DNA from: Eledone cirrhosa
Taxonomy: Eukaryota
Direction of reading: 5' to 3'
Assembly: GCA_964016885.1 (NCBI GenBank)
Contig: OZ024740.1
Location: forward strand, 342,054,001 to 342,118,000
DNA length: 64,000 nucleotides
Every line of letters starts with the position of its first letter. Positions within the stretch are counted from its first letter, which is position 1. A program made the translations under genes and the position numbers. This document shows positions 36,213 to 54,219 of this stretch, piece after piece. The notes under the pieces were generated by a model that was not told the origin of the DNA, made no database searches, and worked only from the letters and a program-made list of their open reading frames with translations.

Positions 36213-39200
36213 ATATCAGCTTACGCACCCCAATCGGGGCTGCCAGACGAACTTAAGGATAGGTTTTACGAGTCCCTAATACACACTACTGCTCTAACAG
36301 ACGACAAGGACTTCCTAATCATTGCAGGAGATTTTAACGGACACGTAGGTAAACATTGCGACGGCTTCAATAGAGTACATGGAGGCCATGGAGTTGGCAC
36401 AAGGAATGAGGAAGGATTCAGACTTCTAGAATTCTGCGACGCCAATGACATGTCGATATGTAACACAAACTTTAAAAAACCCGACAACCACCTGATCACC
36501 TATAGATCAGGGGAGCACTCTAGTCAGTTAGATTTTATTCTCATCAGAGGACGTGACAGATGGACGGTCGTAAACACAAAAGCCTTCCCTAGTGAGGAAT
36601 GTACATCCCAACATAGCTTAGTTGTCAGCGACCTCACGGTCAGAACTAGACGAGCCCTGAAACAGAGGCCAACCTGGAGAAGAAAGATCTGGAAGCTGAA
36701 AGTCCCCTCAACCAGTAACAGATTTAAAGATATTTTACTCAACGCCTACGACAGTAAAGAAGAACAGATAGAGACATTTAACGTAGAAGAGAACTGGGAG
36801 TTCCTAAAAAATAACTTACTAGAGGCGACGGATGAGGTTTGTGGCTGGAGTAAGACCTCAAGCAGGAGGAGAGTGACTTGGTGGTGGAACAATAAGGTAG
36901 ATGAAGCAGTCAAGGCCAAGAGACAGACATGGAAAGAATGGAAGAACGGGGGGAGCAGGGTACATTACATAGAGACCAAGAGGGAAGCTAGGCGACAAGT
37001 ATACTTAGCTAGGAGGGAAGCAGAGGATAGAAAATTCAAGCATGTTTTACAACGTGAGGACCAGAAACAGGAGGTATTCAAGATTGCGAGGCAGTGTGTC
37101 AGAGATAGTTGTGATGTCATTGGAGAGAAGTGTATCCGGAATGATAAAGGTGAGCTTGCCCTCACAAGTGCTGAGAAGAAAGATGCATGGAAGAGTCATT
37201 ATGATAGATTACTAAATGAGGAGAATGCATGGGAAGAAGAGACCCTACCCCACGTAGACCCTATAGAGGGACCAGCAGTACAAGTCAGCGGCAGCGTAGT
37301 AAGTAAGGCAATCAGAGATATGAAGATAGGGAAGGCAACCGGTCCATCGGGTATAGCTGCCGAGATGCTGAAGGCATCTGGGTCTGTAGGTCACACTATA
37401 ACCACACGTATCGTTAACCAGGTAATACTAGAGGGGGCCATACCAAAAGATTGGTGCAGTAGCATCATTGTCAACTGCTACAAAGGTAAAGGCGATGCAC
37501 TAGATAGAGGAAACTATAGAGGTATAAAGTTGATGGACCAGGTCATGAAAGTAACAGAAAGAGTTATAGCACAGCTGATTAGGGACCGGGTGAATATAGA
37601 CGAGATGCAATTTGGGTTTGTTCCAGGGAAAGGCACCACTGATGCGCTCTTCCTTGTGAGGCAATTACAGGAAAAGTACCTAGCTAAAAGTAAGCCACTC
37701 TACTTGGCATTTGTCGACCTTGAGAAAGCCTTTGACAGAGTTCCACGTGCAGTAATCTGGTGGGCTCTTAGAAAACTAGGAGTAGATGAATGGCTTGTGA
37801 AAGCGGTACAAGCCATGTATAGGGGAGCAGTCAGCAAAGTTAGGATTGGCAATGAGTATAGCGAGGAATTTAGCGTACAGGTTGGGGTCCACCAGGGCTC
37901 TGTTCTTAGCCCTCTCCTGTTCATCATAGTCCTGCAGGCAATAACGGAGGAGTTTAAGACCGGATGCCCATGGGAACTCCTGTATGCTGATGACCTCGCA
38001 CTCATAGCTGAATCTATGGTAGAACTAGAGAATAAATTCCAAACCTGGAAGCAGGGACTAGAGAGAAAGGGCCTCAAAGTCAACATGACAAAGACTAAGG
38101 TCCTTATAAGTAGACGAGAAAACAGAACCCAGATCCCCTCAGGGAAATGGCCTTGCTCAGTATGTAGGAAAGGTGTAGGTAGGAACTCCATTCTTTGCCC
38201 CAAATGCAAACAATGGGTACACAAGAGATGTAGCGGGATCTCAGGAAGCTTAATTAAGAATGTAGGATTCACATGCAGCAGCTGTGCTGAAACAGCAAGC
38301 AAACAGCCACAGGAAACAAGTACCACCAATCTCTGGGAGGGCCCTGTAGAAACAGTAGACAGCTTCTGCTACCTAGGTGACCGAATTAGCAACGGAGGTG
38401 GGTGCTCAGAAAGTACAATAACTAGGGTAAGAACGGGATGGAAGAAGTTTAGGGAACTACTACCACTGCTAGCTGCAAAAGGCTTCTCCCTCAGAATGAA
38501 AGGCAGACTGTATGATGCGTGTATCCGAACAGCGATGTTGCATGGTAGTGAGACCTGGGCGCTGAAGGTGGAAGACTTACGTAGATTAGAGAGAAACGAA
38601 GCCTGCATGCTCCGATGGATGTGTAACAGTAATATACGTGAACGACAAAGCATAAATGAATTGAGAGAGAGACTGAGCATAAGAGGAATCAAATGCTGCG
38701 TGCAGGAGAGGCGGTTACGCTGGTATGGACATGTGATGCGTATGAAGGATGACAGCTGCATAAAAAGGTGCAGAGCACTAGAAGTTGATGGAAACCGCGG
38801 AGTGGGGAGACCCAAGATGACTTGGGATGAGGTGATAAAAGCCGACCTTACCCAACTACACCTCTCAAAGTCAATGACACACGACCGTGACTTCTGGCGT
38901 CACGCAGTAATACAGGGTACCCGACCTCCCATGGGTACATGCTGAAGCATATAAACAATATGCCCCCCCCCCCACCGCAAGGTGGTCGTGGAGGTGCCAC
39001 GGCAAAAAAGCACCCAGCCCACACTGTAAAGTGGACGTGTAGGCGCCACGAAAAAGCACCCAGCACTCACTGTAAATGAGGTTGGTGTTAGGAAGGGCAT
39101 CCAGCTGTAGAAATCAAGCCAGATCAGTTCCTGTATGAGCAAGGCATGGTCAGCCGACCAGACACTGCCCACAACAGGACAACCCGTCTAACCCATGCTA

Positions 39201-39244
39201 GCGTGGAAGAACGGACGTAAAACGGTGATGATGATGATGATGAT
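36213..39244 (+). mobile_element. RTE LINE (subfamily A), truncated within APE; ORF uninterrupted to its stop at 38945
   Basis: [21 protein letters not shown] (APE); [29 protein letters not shown] (RT); Cys-rich insert CSVC..CPKC..H..C..CSSC; 3' UTR and (GAT)n tail. Confidence 0.95.
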
Positions 39245-39300
39245 ATATATGCATACATATATATATATATACATACATATATATATATATACATATATAT

Positions 39301-39363
<63 letters not shown>

Positions 39364-39484
39364 CATATATATACATACATATATATATATATATATACAT
39401 ACATATATATATATATATATATACATATATATATACATACATATATATATATACATATATATATATACATACATATATACATAC

Positions 39485-39609
<125 letters not shown>

Positions 39610-39716
39610 CATATATACATATATATATATATACATACATATATATATACATACATATATATATACATACATATATATATACATACATATATATATATAC
39701 ATACATATATATATAC

Positions 39717-39749
<33 letters not shown>

Positions 39750-39760
39750 CATATATATAC

Positions 39761-39825
<65 letters not shown>

Positions 39826-39858
<33 letters not shown>

Positions 39859-42699
39859 TTTACGTCCGCTTTTCCCTGCTTGCAAGGGTGGGACGGGTCT
39901 TATTCAGCACAGCATCTCTCCACTCGTCACGGTCCCTCGTCATCTCCACCGTGAGCTTCAATGATCTGAGGTCTGTTCTCACCACCTCCGCCCATGTTTT
40001 TCGTGGTCTACCTCTACTACGTCTTCCTTCAACTGGCATTTCCTGGCACTTCTTCACCCATCGGTCATCCTCCATGCGCATCACATGTCCATACCACCTC
40101 AGTCTCCTCTCCCGTACACTACATTCTATCCCTCTCAGACACAGTTTCTCTCTCAACACATTTATGCTGGGTCGTTCACGCACATTTACACTGCACATCC
40201 AACGGAGCATGCTTGCCTCATTTCTCTCCAGCCGTCGCATATCTTCTGCGGTAGCTGCCCATGTCTCACTACCATGCAGCATCGCGCTCCTCACACAGGC
40301 ATCATACAACCGGCCTTTCGTACGCAGGGAGAAACCCTTCTTCGTCAACAGAGGAAGCAGCTCCCTAAACTTCTTCCAACCCGTCCTTATTCTAGATACT
40401 ATGGCCTCGGAACACCCTCCTCCCATGCTAATCTGATCTCCTAGGTACCGGAAGCTATCCACCACTTCTATAGCGCCCTCTCGCATTTGAAAAATGTGTC
40501 TATCAGTGCGACTTCTACTGTCTAATTTCCCTGTGCATCTACTGCATACATATTTCTCCCTACCTGTTAGTTTGCCTGCTATCCCGCTACATCTCTTGTG
40601 TACCCAGGACCTACATTGTGTGCATTTTATAGAATTTATGCCAGTTCCTTTTCTGCATATCGAACATGGCCATTTCCCTGACGGAATCAGGGTTTTGTCC
40701 TCTTTTCTACTCATCAACACTTTTGTCTTAGCTAGATTTACTCTCAGTCCTCTTGCTTCCAACTGCTGTTTCCATAGCCGGAATTTATTCTCTAGCTCCT
40801 CTACTGATTCTGCCATAAGAGCCAGATCGTCAGCATAGAGAAGTTCCCATGGACAGCCAGTCTTAAACTCCTCTGTTATGGCTTGGAGGACTATAATGAA
40901 CAAGAGCGGGCTGAGGACCGAACCCTGATGTACTCCTACTTGTATCTGGAATTCCTCACTAAACTCCATTCCTACCCTGACTTTACTGAGAGTACCTCTG
41001 TACAAAGTTTGCACTGTCCTTACAAGCCATTCCTCAACACCCAGCTTCCTTAGGGACCACCAGATGACAGATCGGGGTACCCTATCAAAGGCCTTCTCTA
41101 GGTCAACAAAGGCCAAGTATAGTGGCTTATTCTTCTCTAAGAACCTCTCTTGCATTTGTCTCACCAAGAAGAGGGCATCTGTTGTACTCTTCCCAGGCAC
41201 AAAACCAAACTGCATCTCATCTAGTTTGACTCTTTCTCTAATTAGTTGTGCTAAAATCCTTTCTGCCACTTTCATAACCTGATCTATCAGTTTTATACCC
41301 CTATAATTGCTCCTCTCCAAAGCATCCCCTTTACCTTTGTAGCAATTTATGAGAATACTGCTGCACCAGTCTTTGGGTATGACACCACCATATATAGCCT
41401 GATTGATTATGCGTGCAACCAGTTTAGTGCCTACGTCCCCTGATGCCTTCAGCATCTCAGCAACTATTCCCGATGGTCCGGCCGCCTTACCATTTTTCAT
41501 TTCCCTAAACGCCTCTTGGACCCTATATTCGTCAATCTCAATAGCTGGTCCCTCTGTCGGATCTACCAAGGGTAATTTCTCTCTCTCCCATTCGTTCTCC
41601 ACATTCATCAGTCTCTCATAATGGCATTTCCAGGCCTCCTTTTTCTGGTCATTCGTGACACTAAGTACACCGGCATCATCCCGGACACATTTATCACCAA
41701 CAACATCCTGATTTGCATTGACACACTGCCTTGCAATGTGGAACACCGCACGCCTCTGATCTTCCCGTCGCAGAACATTGGCAAACCTCCTACTCTCTGC
41801 CTCCCTGCGTGCTAAGTACACCTGACGTCTAGCTTCTCTCTTAGTGGCTGTATATTCTTCCCTACTCCCACCCTTATTCCAAGCCTTCCATGCTAGTCTT
41901 TTGTCTCTAATAGCCTTATCTACACTGCTGTTCCACCACCAGGTCACTCTCTGTCTGGTTGGGGCTCTGCTCCAGCCACAAGTTTCATCAGTAGCCTTCA
42001 GCAAGTTGTCACGTAAGAACTTCCAGTTATTATCTATGTCATACGTCTCTAAATCGTCTTCTTTTTCGTCATATACATCTTGAAGGGCTTTCCTAAATTT
42101 GAATTTTAGTGAAAGGTCTTTTAGCTTCCAGACCTTTCTTCACACCTTCCTATATGGCTCATTCCATCTCTTGCTTACTGAGATATCACTAACAACTAAC
42201 CTATGCTGTGGGGTACATTCTTCCCCAGGGTATGCCTTGGTATTAGACACTATCTGCCTGTCCCGCTGCCTAACTAGCAGGAAGTCAATCTGGCTTATGT
42301 GCTCACCAGATTTGTAGGTTATTAGGTGATTGGCAGGTTTCTGGAAGTTTGTGTTGCAAATAGTCAATGTACTTGCATCACAAAATTCAAGAAGTCTCAC
42401 TCCTTCTTCATTTCTTGAACCGTAACCATGCCCACCATGTACCCCAGTGTAACCATCCTGGAGCTGTCCAACATGACCATTGAAGTCTCCTGCTAGCATA
42501 ACGATGTCTCCGTCCTCTGTCATTGTGGTTGTTTGCAAAAGTTGCTCATAAAAGCAGTCTTTCTCATCTTTGCCTAGGCCTGCTTGGGGAGCATAGACCG
42601 AGATGATTGTCAGTAGTCTCCTACCTACAACTAATCTAAGCTTAATTATTCGATTACTAACTCGAACTACCTCTATTGTCTTATTGATCCCATATTGAT

Positions 42700-42702
<3 letters not shown>
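39826..42702 (-). mobile_element. RTE LINE (subfamily B), truncated within APE; single in-frame TGA at ~42140
   Basis: [15 protein letters not shown], then the 714-aa RT ORF 39860-42004; (GAT)n tail. Confidence 0.95.
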
Positions 42703-42767
<65 letters not shown>

Positions 42768-42768
42768 C

Positions 42769-42799
<31 letters not shown>

Positions 42800-42860
42800 C
42801 ATATATATATACATATATATATACATATATATATACATATGTATATACATATATATATAC

Positions 42861-42893
<33 letters not shown>

Positions 42894-42930
42894 CATATAT
42901 ATATACATATATATATACATATATATATAC

Positions 42931-43002
<72 letters not shown>

Positions 43003-43012
43003 ATATATATAC

Positions 43013-43063
<51 letters not shown>

Positions 43064-43078
43064 CATATATATATATAC

Positions 43079-43129
<51 letters not shown>

Positions 43130-43140
43130 CATATATATAT

Positions 43141-43171
<31 letters not shown>

Positions 43172-43176
43172 CATAC

Positions 43177-43333
<157 letters not shown>

Positions 43334-43383
43334 CATATACATATATATATGTATATATATATATACATATATATAGATATATG

Positions 43384-43419
<36 letters not shown>

Positions 43420-43420
43420 C

Positions 43421-43472
<52 letters not shown>

Positions 43473-43522
43473 GTATATACATATACATATATATATATAC
43501 ATATATATATATATGTATATAC

Positions 43523-43555
<33 letters not shown>

Positions 43556-43563
43556 CATATACA

Positions 43564-43724
<161 letters not shown>

Positions 43725-43843
43725 GTATGTATGTATATATATATATATATGTATGTATATATATATATATATGTATGTATATATATATATATGTATGTAT
43801 ATATATATATATGTATGTATGTATATATATATATATATGTATG

Positions 43844-43874
<31 letters not shown>

Positions 43875-43893
43875 ATATATATATATATGTATG

Positions 43894-43926
<33 letters not shown>

Positions 43927-44021
43927 ATATATATATGTATGTATGTATATATATATATGTATGTATGTATATATATATATGTATGTATATATATATATAT
44001 ATATGTATGTATATATATATA

Positions 44022-44450
44022 TGGTCGGGTCGTTGGCGACTAAACTGGCAACCCCACCAAGGTTTCTTGGTGAGGAGGGTGACTTTGGACATCCTGCAGG
44101 ACTAAAAACAAAACCTGTCAAAGGGCAAAGGAGCTCTTAAGAGTCAATGGCCATCCAAAATCACCGGGAGAGATGACCCCTTAGCCTTTGTCAAGGCAGA
44201 ATTCTAGGAGAAGGAAAACTCTGATATAACACCTGCAACCCTGATGGTATCCAATGATGTTGACTTGTTCTTCTTTTTGGTAAATATCATCTTGGTTAAG
44301 AGAGTGGGACTGGCTTTGTGCAGTGCCTTTGCTCACTATAAAAGCTTCACGGCTGGACTAAAAAGTCACACTCGTTCAGCGCATCGGTAGGGGTTCTCCT
44401 ACATGGATATAAAGTAGTGGCCGTACTCGAAAACGAGTTGGCAGCCACCA
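44022..44450 (+). mobile_element. Isolated RTE-type 5' leader with structured-RNA potential
   Basis: Contains ctaggagaaggaaaactctga, which I recall from RTE 5' UTRs; several helices can be drawn; flanked by TA tracts on both sides. Confidence 0.5.
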
Positions 44451-44469
44451 TATATATATATATAAAATG

Positions 44470-44542
<73 letters not shown>

Positions 44543-44610
44543 ATATATATACAGATATATATATGTATGTATATATATATACATATATATATATGTATGT
44601 ATATATATAT

Positions 44611-44652
<42 letters not shown>

Positions 44653-44691
44653 ATATATGTACATATATATATATATATGTATGTATATATA

Positions 44692-44785
<94 letters not shown>

Positions 44786-44975
44786 GTATGTATATATATG
44801 TACATATATATATATATGTATGTATATATATGTACATATATATATATATATATATAATGTATGTATATATATGTACATATATATATATATGTATGTATAT
44901 ATATGTACATATATATATATATATATATATGTATGTATATATATGTACATATATATATATATGTATGTATATATA

Positions 44976-45032
<57 letters not shown>

Positions 45033-45040
45033 ATATATGT

Positions 45041-45071
<31 letters not shown>

Positions 45072-45361
45072 CATATATATATATATATGTATGTATATAT
45101 ATGTACATATATATATATATGTATGTATATATATGTACATATATATATATATGTATACATATATATATATATATGTATGTATATATATGTACATATATAT
45201 ATATATGTATGTATATATATGTACATATATATATATGTATACATATATATATATATGTATGTATATATATATACATATATATATATATATGTATGTATAT
45301 ATATATACATATATATATATATATGTATGTATATATATATACATATATATATATATGTTTG

Positions 45362-45392
<31 letters not shown>

Positions 45393-45397
45393 GTTTG

Positions 45398-45428
<31 letters not shown>

Positions 45429-45433
45429 GTATG

Positions 45434-45569
<136 letters not shown>

Positions 45570-45574
45570 GTATG

Positions 45575-45655
<81 letters not shown>

Positions 45656-45734
45656 ATTTATACATACATATATACATATATACACATATATATATATATA
45701 CATATATACATATATACATATATATATATATATA

Positions 45735-47235
<1,501 letters not shown>

Positions 47236-47311
47236 CATATAAATATATATATATACATATATATATATATGTACATACATATATATATATATATGAATAT
47301 ACATATATATG

Positions 47312-49271
<1,960 letters not shown>

Positions 49272-49739
49272 GTACATACATATATATATATATGTACATA
49301 CATATATATATATATGTATATACACTTTATATATATACATACATATATATATATGTACATACATATATATATACATACATATATATATACATACATCATC
49401 ATCATCATCATTTAATTTTACGTCCGCTTTTTCCCAACTTGCAAGGGTGGGACGGGAACTGATTCTGGATGCCCTTCCTAACACCAACCTCATTTACAGT
49501 GAGTGCTGGGTGCTTTTCTGCCGTGGCACCTCCACGACCACTTTGCAGTGGAATGATAGGGACCCCAGTCCCTATCATCTCATTTCTACAGCTGAGTAAA
49601 CTGGAGCAATGTGAAATAAAGTGTCTTGCTCAAGGAAACAACACATCACCCGGTCTGAGAATTGAACTCACAACCTTTCGATTGCAAGGCCAATGCTCTA
49701 ACCACTAAGCCATGTGCCTCCATATATATATATACATAC

Positions 49740-51166
49740 ATCATCATCATCATCATCAATCATCATCAACGTTTAACGTCCGTGTTCCACGCTTGCATGG
49801 GTTTGGACGGGGGTATTCCCACTTGAGGCAAGAGTGATTGTCTTGCTCGCATAGGACTGTCTGGCAGGTTTTCTACAGTTGGATGCCCTTCCTAACACCA
49901 ACCACATTTACAGTGTGGGTCTGGGAGGTTTTTACCGTGTTGCCTACACGGCCACATTACAGCGTGGACTGTGTGTTTTTTTGTCGTGACACCTACACGA
50001 TCTCATTGGTTTCGGCCTGGATGGCGTGGCACCAACATAACTTTACATAGAAGGGGGTGGTGTGGATGGGGTGGGGTGGTGGGACGAGGTGTATTTTGTT
50101 AGAGATGCCTAATGGCTGTAGTAGGTTTTACTATGTATTTAGGTAAGGCGGGTCTTCTCTGTTACTGAGTACCGCCAAAGGTCTCGGTCCAGTGACATTG
50201 TCTTGGAGAGGTGTAAGTGTGTGAGGTCGGAGTTTATCAGCTCGTCCCAGGTTTTTCTAGGTCTGCCTATTCCGTGGCTACCGTCTATCTTTATTGCCCT
50301 GCACTTTGTTATACAGCTATCGACTTTCATGCGCATCACGTGTCCATACCAACGTAGCCTTCTCTCGAGTAAACAACATCTGATCCCTCTTATTTCTAAT
50401 TTTTTCCTTAGTTCGTTTATGCTTTGCCGTTCACGTATATTACTGTTACACATCCAGTGGAGCATGCAAGCTTCGTTCCTCTCTAGTCTGCGTATATCCT
50501 CTGCACACAATGCCCTGGTCTCACTGCCATGCAACATTGCTGTTCGTATGCAGGCATCATACAACCTGCCTTTCATTTTTAGGGAGAACCCTTTAGCAGC
50601 TAATAGTGGTATAAACTCTTTGAACTTTTTCCATCCAGTTCTGGCTCTAACTACTGTACTTTCAGAGCACCCTCCCCTAGTTTTCTAAGAGCCCACCAGA
50701 TAATGGAACGGGGGACTCTGTCGAAGGCTTTCTCCAAGTCGACAAAAGCTAAGTAGAGGAGTTTACTTTTAGCTAGGTACTTCTGTAGTTGTCGTACAAT
50801 GAAAAGAGCGTCTGTGGTACTTTTGCCTGACACAAACCCGAACTGCATTTCATCTAGGTCAATTCTCTCTCTGATTAGTTGCGCTATTACTTTTTCCGTG
50901 ACCTTCATGACCTGGTCGATTAATTTAATGCCTCTATAGTTACTCCTATCTAGGGCATCTCCTTTACCCTTATAACAGTTAACGATGATGCTGCTACGCC
51001 AGTCCTTCGGAACAACCCCATTCTGTACGACTTGGTTAACTATCCGGGTGACCATGGTGTGTCGCACCGTTCCAGATGCCTTCAGCATCTCAGCAACTAT
51101 TTCCGAAACCCCCGTCCAAACCCATGCAAGCGTGGAACACGGACATTAAACGTTGATGATGATGAT
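49740..51166 (-). mobile_element. Rearranged RTE (subfamily C): internal ~0.6-kb deletion at ~50677 and an inverted 3' tip at 51105-51166
   Basis: Comparison with 47425-49140 and 51739-53445; (GAT)n tails at both outer ends. Confidence 0.88.
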
Positions 51167-51226
51167 ACATTTTTATATATGTACATATATATATATATAT
51201 AGATACATATATATATATATAGATAC

Positions 51227-51257
<31 letters not shown>

Positions 51258-51345
51258 TATATATATATATATAGATACATATATATATATATAGATACAT
51301 ATATATATATATATAGATACATATATATATATATAGATACATATA

Positions 51346-51379
<34 letters not shown>

Positions 51380-51396
51380 GATACATATATATATAG

Positions 51397-51441
<45 letters not shown>

Positions 51442-51476
51442 CATACATATATATATATACATACATATATATATAT

Positions 51477-51515
<39 letters not shown>

Positions 51516-51610
51516 GATATATAAATATATATACATATATAAATGAAATGAAAAAAAAATATATATATACATACATATATATTTATATATATATACATTC
51601 ATATATATAT

Positions 51611-51659
<49 letters not shown>

Positions 51660-51738
51660 CATATATATATATATACATACATATATATATATACATACAT
51701 ACATATATATATATATATACATACATATATATATATAT

Positions 51739-54119
51739 GTGACCATACCAACGTAGCCTTCTCTCGAGTAAACAACATCTGATCCCTCTTATTTCTAATT
51801 TTTTCCTTAGTTCGCTTATGCTTTGCCGTTCACATATGTTACTATTACACATCCAGCGGAGCATGCAAGCTTCGTTCCTCTCTAGTCTGTGCATATCTTC
51901 TGCACACAATGCGCAGGTCTCACTGCCATGCAACATTGCAGTTCGTATGCAGGCATCATACAACCTGCCTTTCATTTTTAGGGAGAACCCTTTAGCGGCT
52001 AATAGTGGTATAAGCTCTCTGAACTTTTTCCATCCAGTTCTGACTCTAGCTACTGTACTTTCAGAGCACCCTCCCCCACTGCTGATTTTGTCACCCAGGT
52101 AACGGAAGCTGTCCACTATTTCTATAGAACCCTCTGCGCAATTGAAAGAGCTAGTATTTTGTGGGCACTTGCTGCTACTTATTGCACCAGAGCACCGGCC
52201 ACATGTAAAATCTATGTTCTTAGTTAGCTTACCTGTGATCCCACTACATCTTTTATGCACCCAAACTTTGCATTTGGGACATAAAATGGAGTTTCTACCT
52301 ATGCCTTTCCTACACACTGAGCATGGCCATTTCCCGGAAGGGACCGTCGCCTTATTTTCTTTCCTACAAACTAGAACTTTAGTCTTAGCCAGGTTAATTT
52401 TAAGCCCTTTTGATTCTAGGCCATGCTTCCATGTTTGGAATTTCTTCTCTAGCTTGGCCATTGATTCAGCTATGAGCGTTAGATCATCTGCGTATAGGAG
52501 TTCCCATGGGCAGCCGGTCTTGAACTCCACTGTTATAGCCTGAAGGGCAATAATAAATAGTAGGGGGCTAAGAACAGAGCCCTGATGTACACCAACTTTT
52601 ACACTAAACTCTTCACTATATTCGTTGTTAATTCTAACCTTGATGACTGTTTCTTTATACATGGCTTGTATAGCTCTCACAAGCCATTCGTCAACACCTA
52701 GTTTTCTAAGAGCCCACCAGATAATGGAACGGGGACTCTGTCGAAGGCTTTCTCCAAGTCAACAAAAGCTAAGTATAGGGGTTTACTTTTAGCTAGGTAC
52801 TTCTCCTGTAGTTGTCGTACAATGAAAAGAGCGTCTGTGGTACTTTTGCCTGACACAACACCGAACTGCATTTCATCTAGATCAATTCTCTCTCTGATTA
52901 GTTGCGCTATAACTTTTTCCGTGACCTTCATGACCTGGTCGATTAATTTAATGCCTCTATAGTTACTCCTATCTAGGGCATCTCCTTTACCCTTGTAACA
53001 GTTAATGATGATGCTGCTACGCCAGTCCTTCGGAACAACCCCATTCTGTATGACTTGGTTAACTATCCGGGTGACCATGGTGTGTCCCACCGTTCCAGAG
53101 GCTTTCAGCATCTCAGCAACTATTTCCGAAGGCCCAGCCGCCTTACCCATCTTCATATTTTTTGATTGCCTTACTTATTATAGTACCTTCGACTAACACT
53201 GCCGGTCCCTCTATTGGGTCGATGTGGGGGAGACTGTCTTTCTCCCATTTATTCTCCTCATTTAGAAGCCTTTCGTAGTGACACTTCCAAGCTACCTTCT
53301 TATCAGCGTCAGTGATGGCAAGTACACCATCATCATTAAGTACACACTACTCCCCGACAATATCACAGTTTTCCTTGACACATTGCCTAGCAATCCTGAA
53401 CACCTCACGTTTTTGGTCCTCACGTTGTAGAATATGCTTGAAACGACAGCTGTATAACAAAGTGCAGGGCAATAAAGATAGACGGTAGCTACGGAGTAGG
53501 CAGACCCAGAAAAACCTGGGACGAGCTGATAAATTCCGACCTCACACACTTACACCTCTCCAAGACAATGTCACTGGACCGAGACCTTTGGCGGTACTCA
53601 GTAATAAAGACCCGCCTTACCTAAATACAAAGTAAAACCTACTACAGTCAGTAGGCATCTCTAACAAAATACCCCCCCCCCCCCCCCCACCCCATCCACA
53701 CCGCCCCTTTCAATGTAAAGTTATGTTGGTGCCACAACATCCAGGCCGAAACAAATGAGATCGTGTAGGTGTCACGACAAAAAACACACAGTCCACGCTG
53801 TAATGTGGCCGTGTAGGTAACATGGTAAAAACCTCCCAGTCCCACACTGTAAATGTGGTTGGTGTTAGGAAGGGCATCCAGCTGTAGAAAACCCGCCAGA
53901 CAGTCCACGCTGTAATGTGGCCGTGTAGGCAACACGGTAAAAACCACCCAGCCCCACACTGTAAATGTGGTTGGTGTTAGGAAGGGCATCCAGCTGTAGA
54001 AAACCCGCCAGACAGTCCTATGCGAGCAAGACAATCACTCTTGCCTCAAGTGGGAAAACCCCCGTCCAAACCCATGCAAGCGTGGAACACGGACGTTAAA
54101 CGTTGATGATGATGATGAT
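51739..54119 (+). mobile_element. RTE LINE (subfamily C) with 5' inversion: 51739-~53445 antisense, ~53444-54119 sense
   Basis: Antisense part ends at RWYGH; sense part resumes at DSCITKC; tandem duplication in the 3' UTR; (GAT)n tail. Confidence 0.9.
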
Positions 54120-54143
54120 ACATACATATATATATATGTATAT

Positions 54144-54219
<76 letters not shown>

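Noticed and set aside
44022-44450. 5' end of the minus-strand RTE at 39826-42702, split by a TA expansion
   Set aside because: It encodes none of the missing APE N-terminus on the minus strand, and its leader motif reads on the plus strand, so it is treated as a separate fragment
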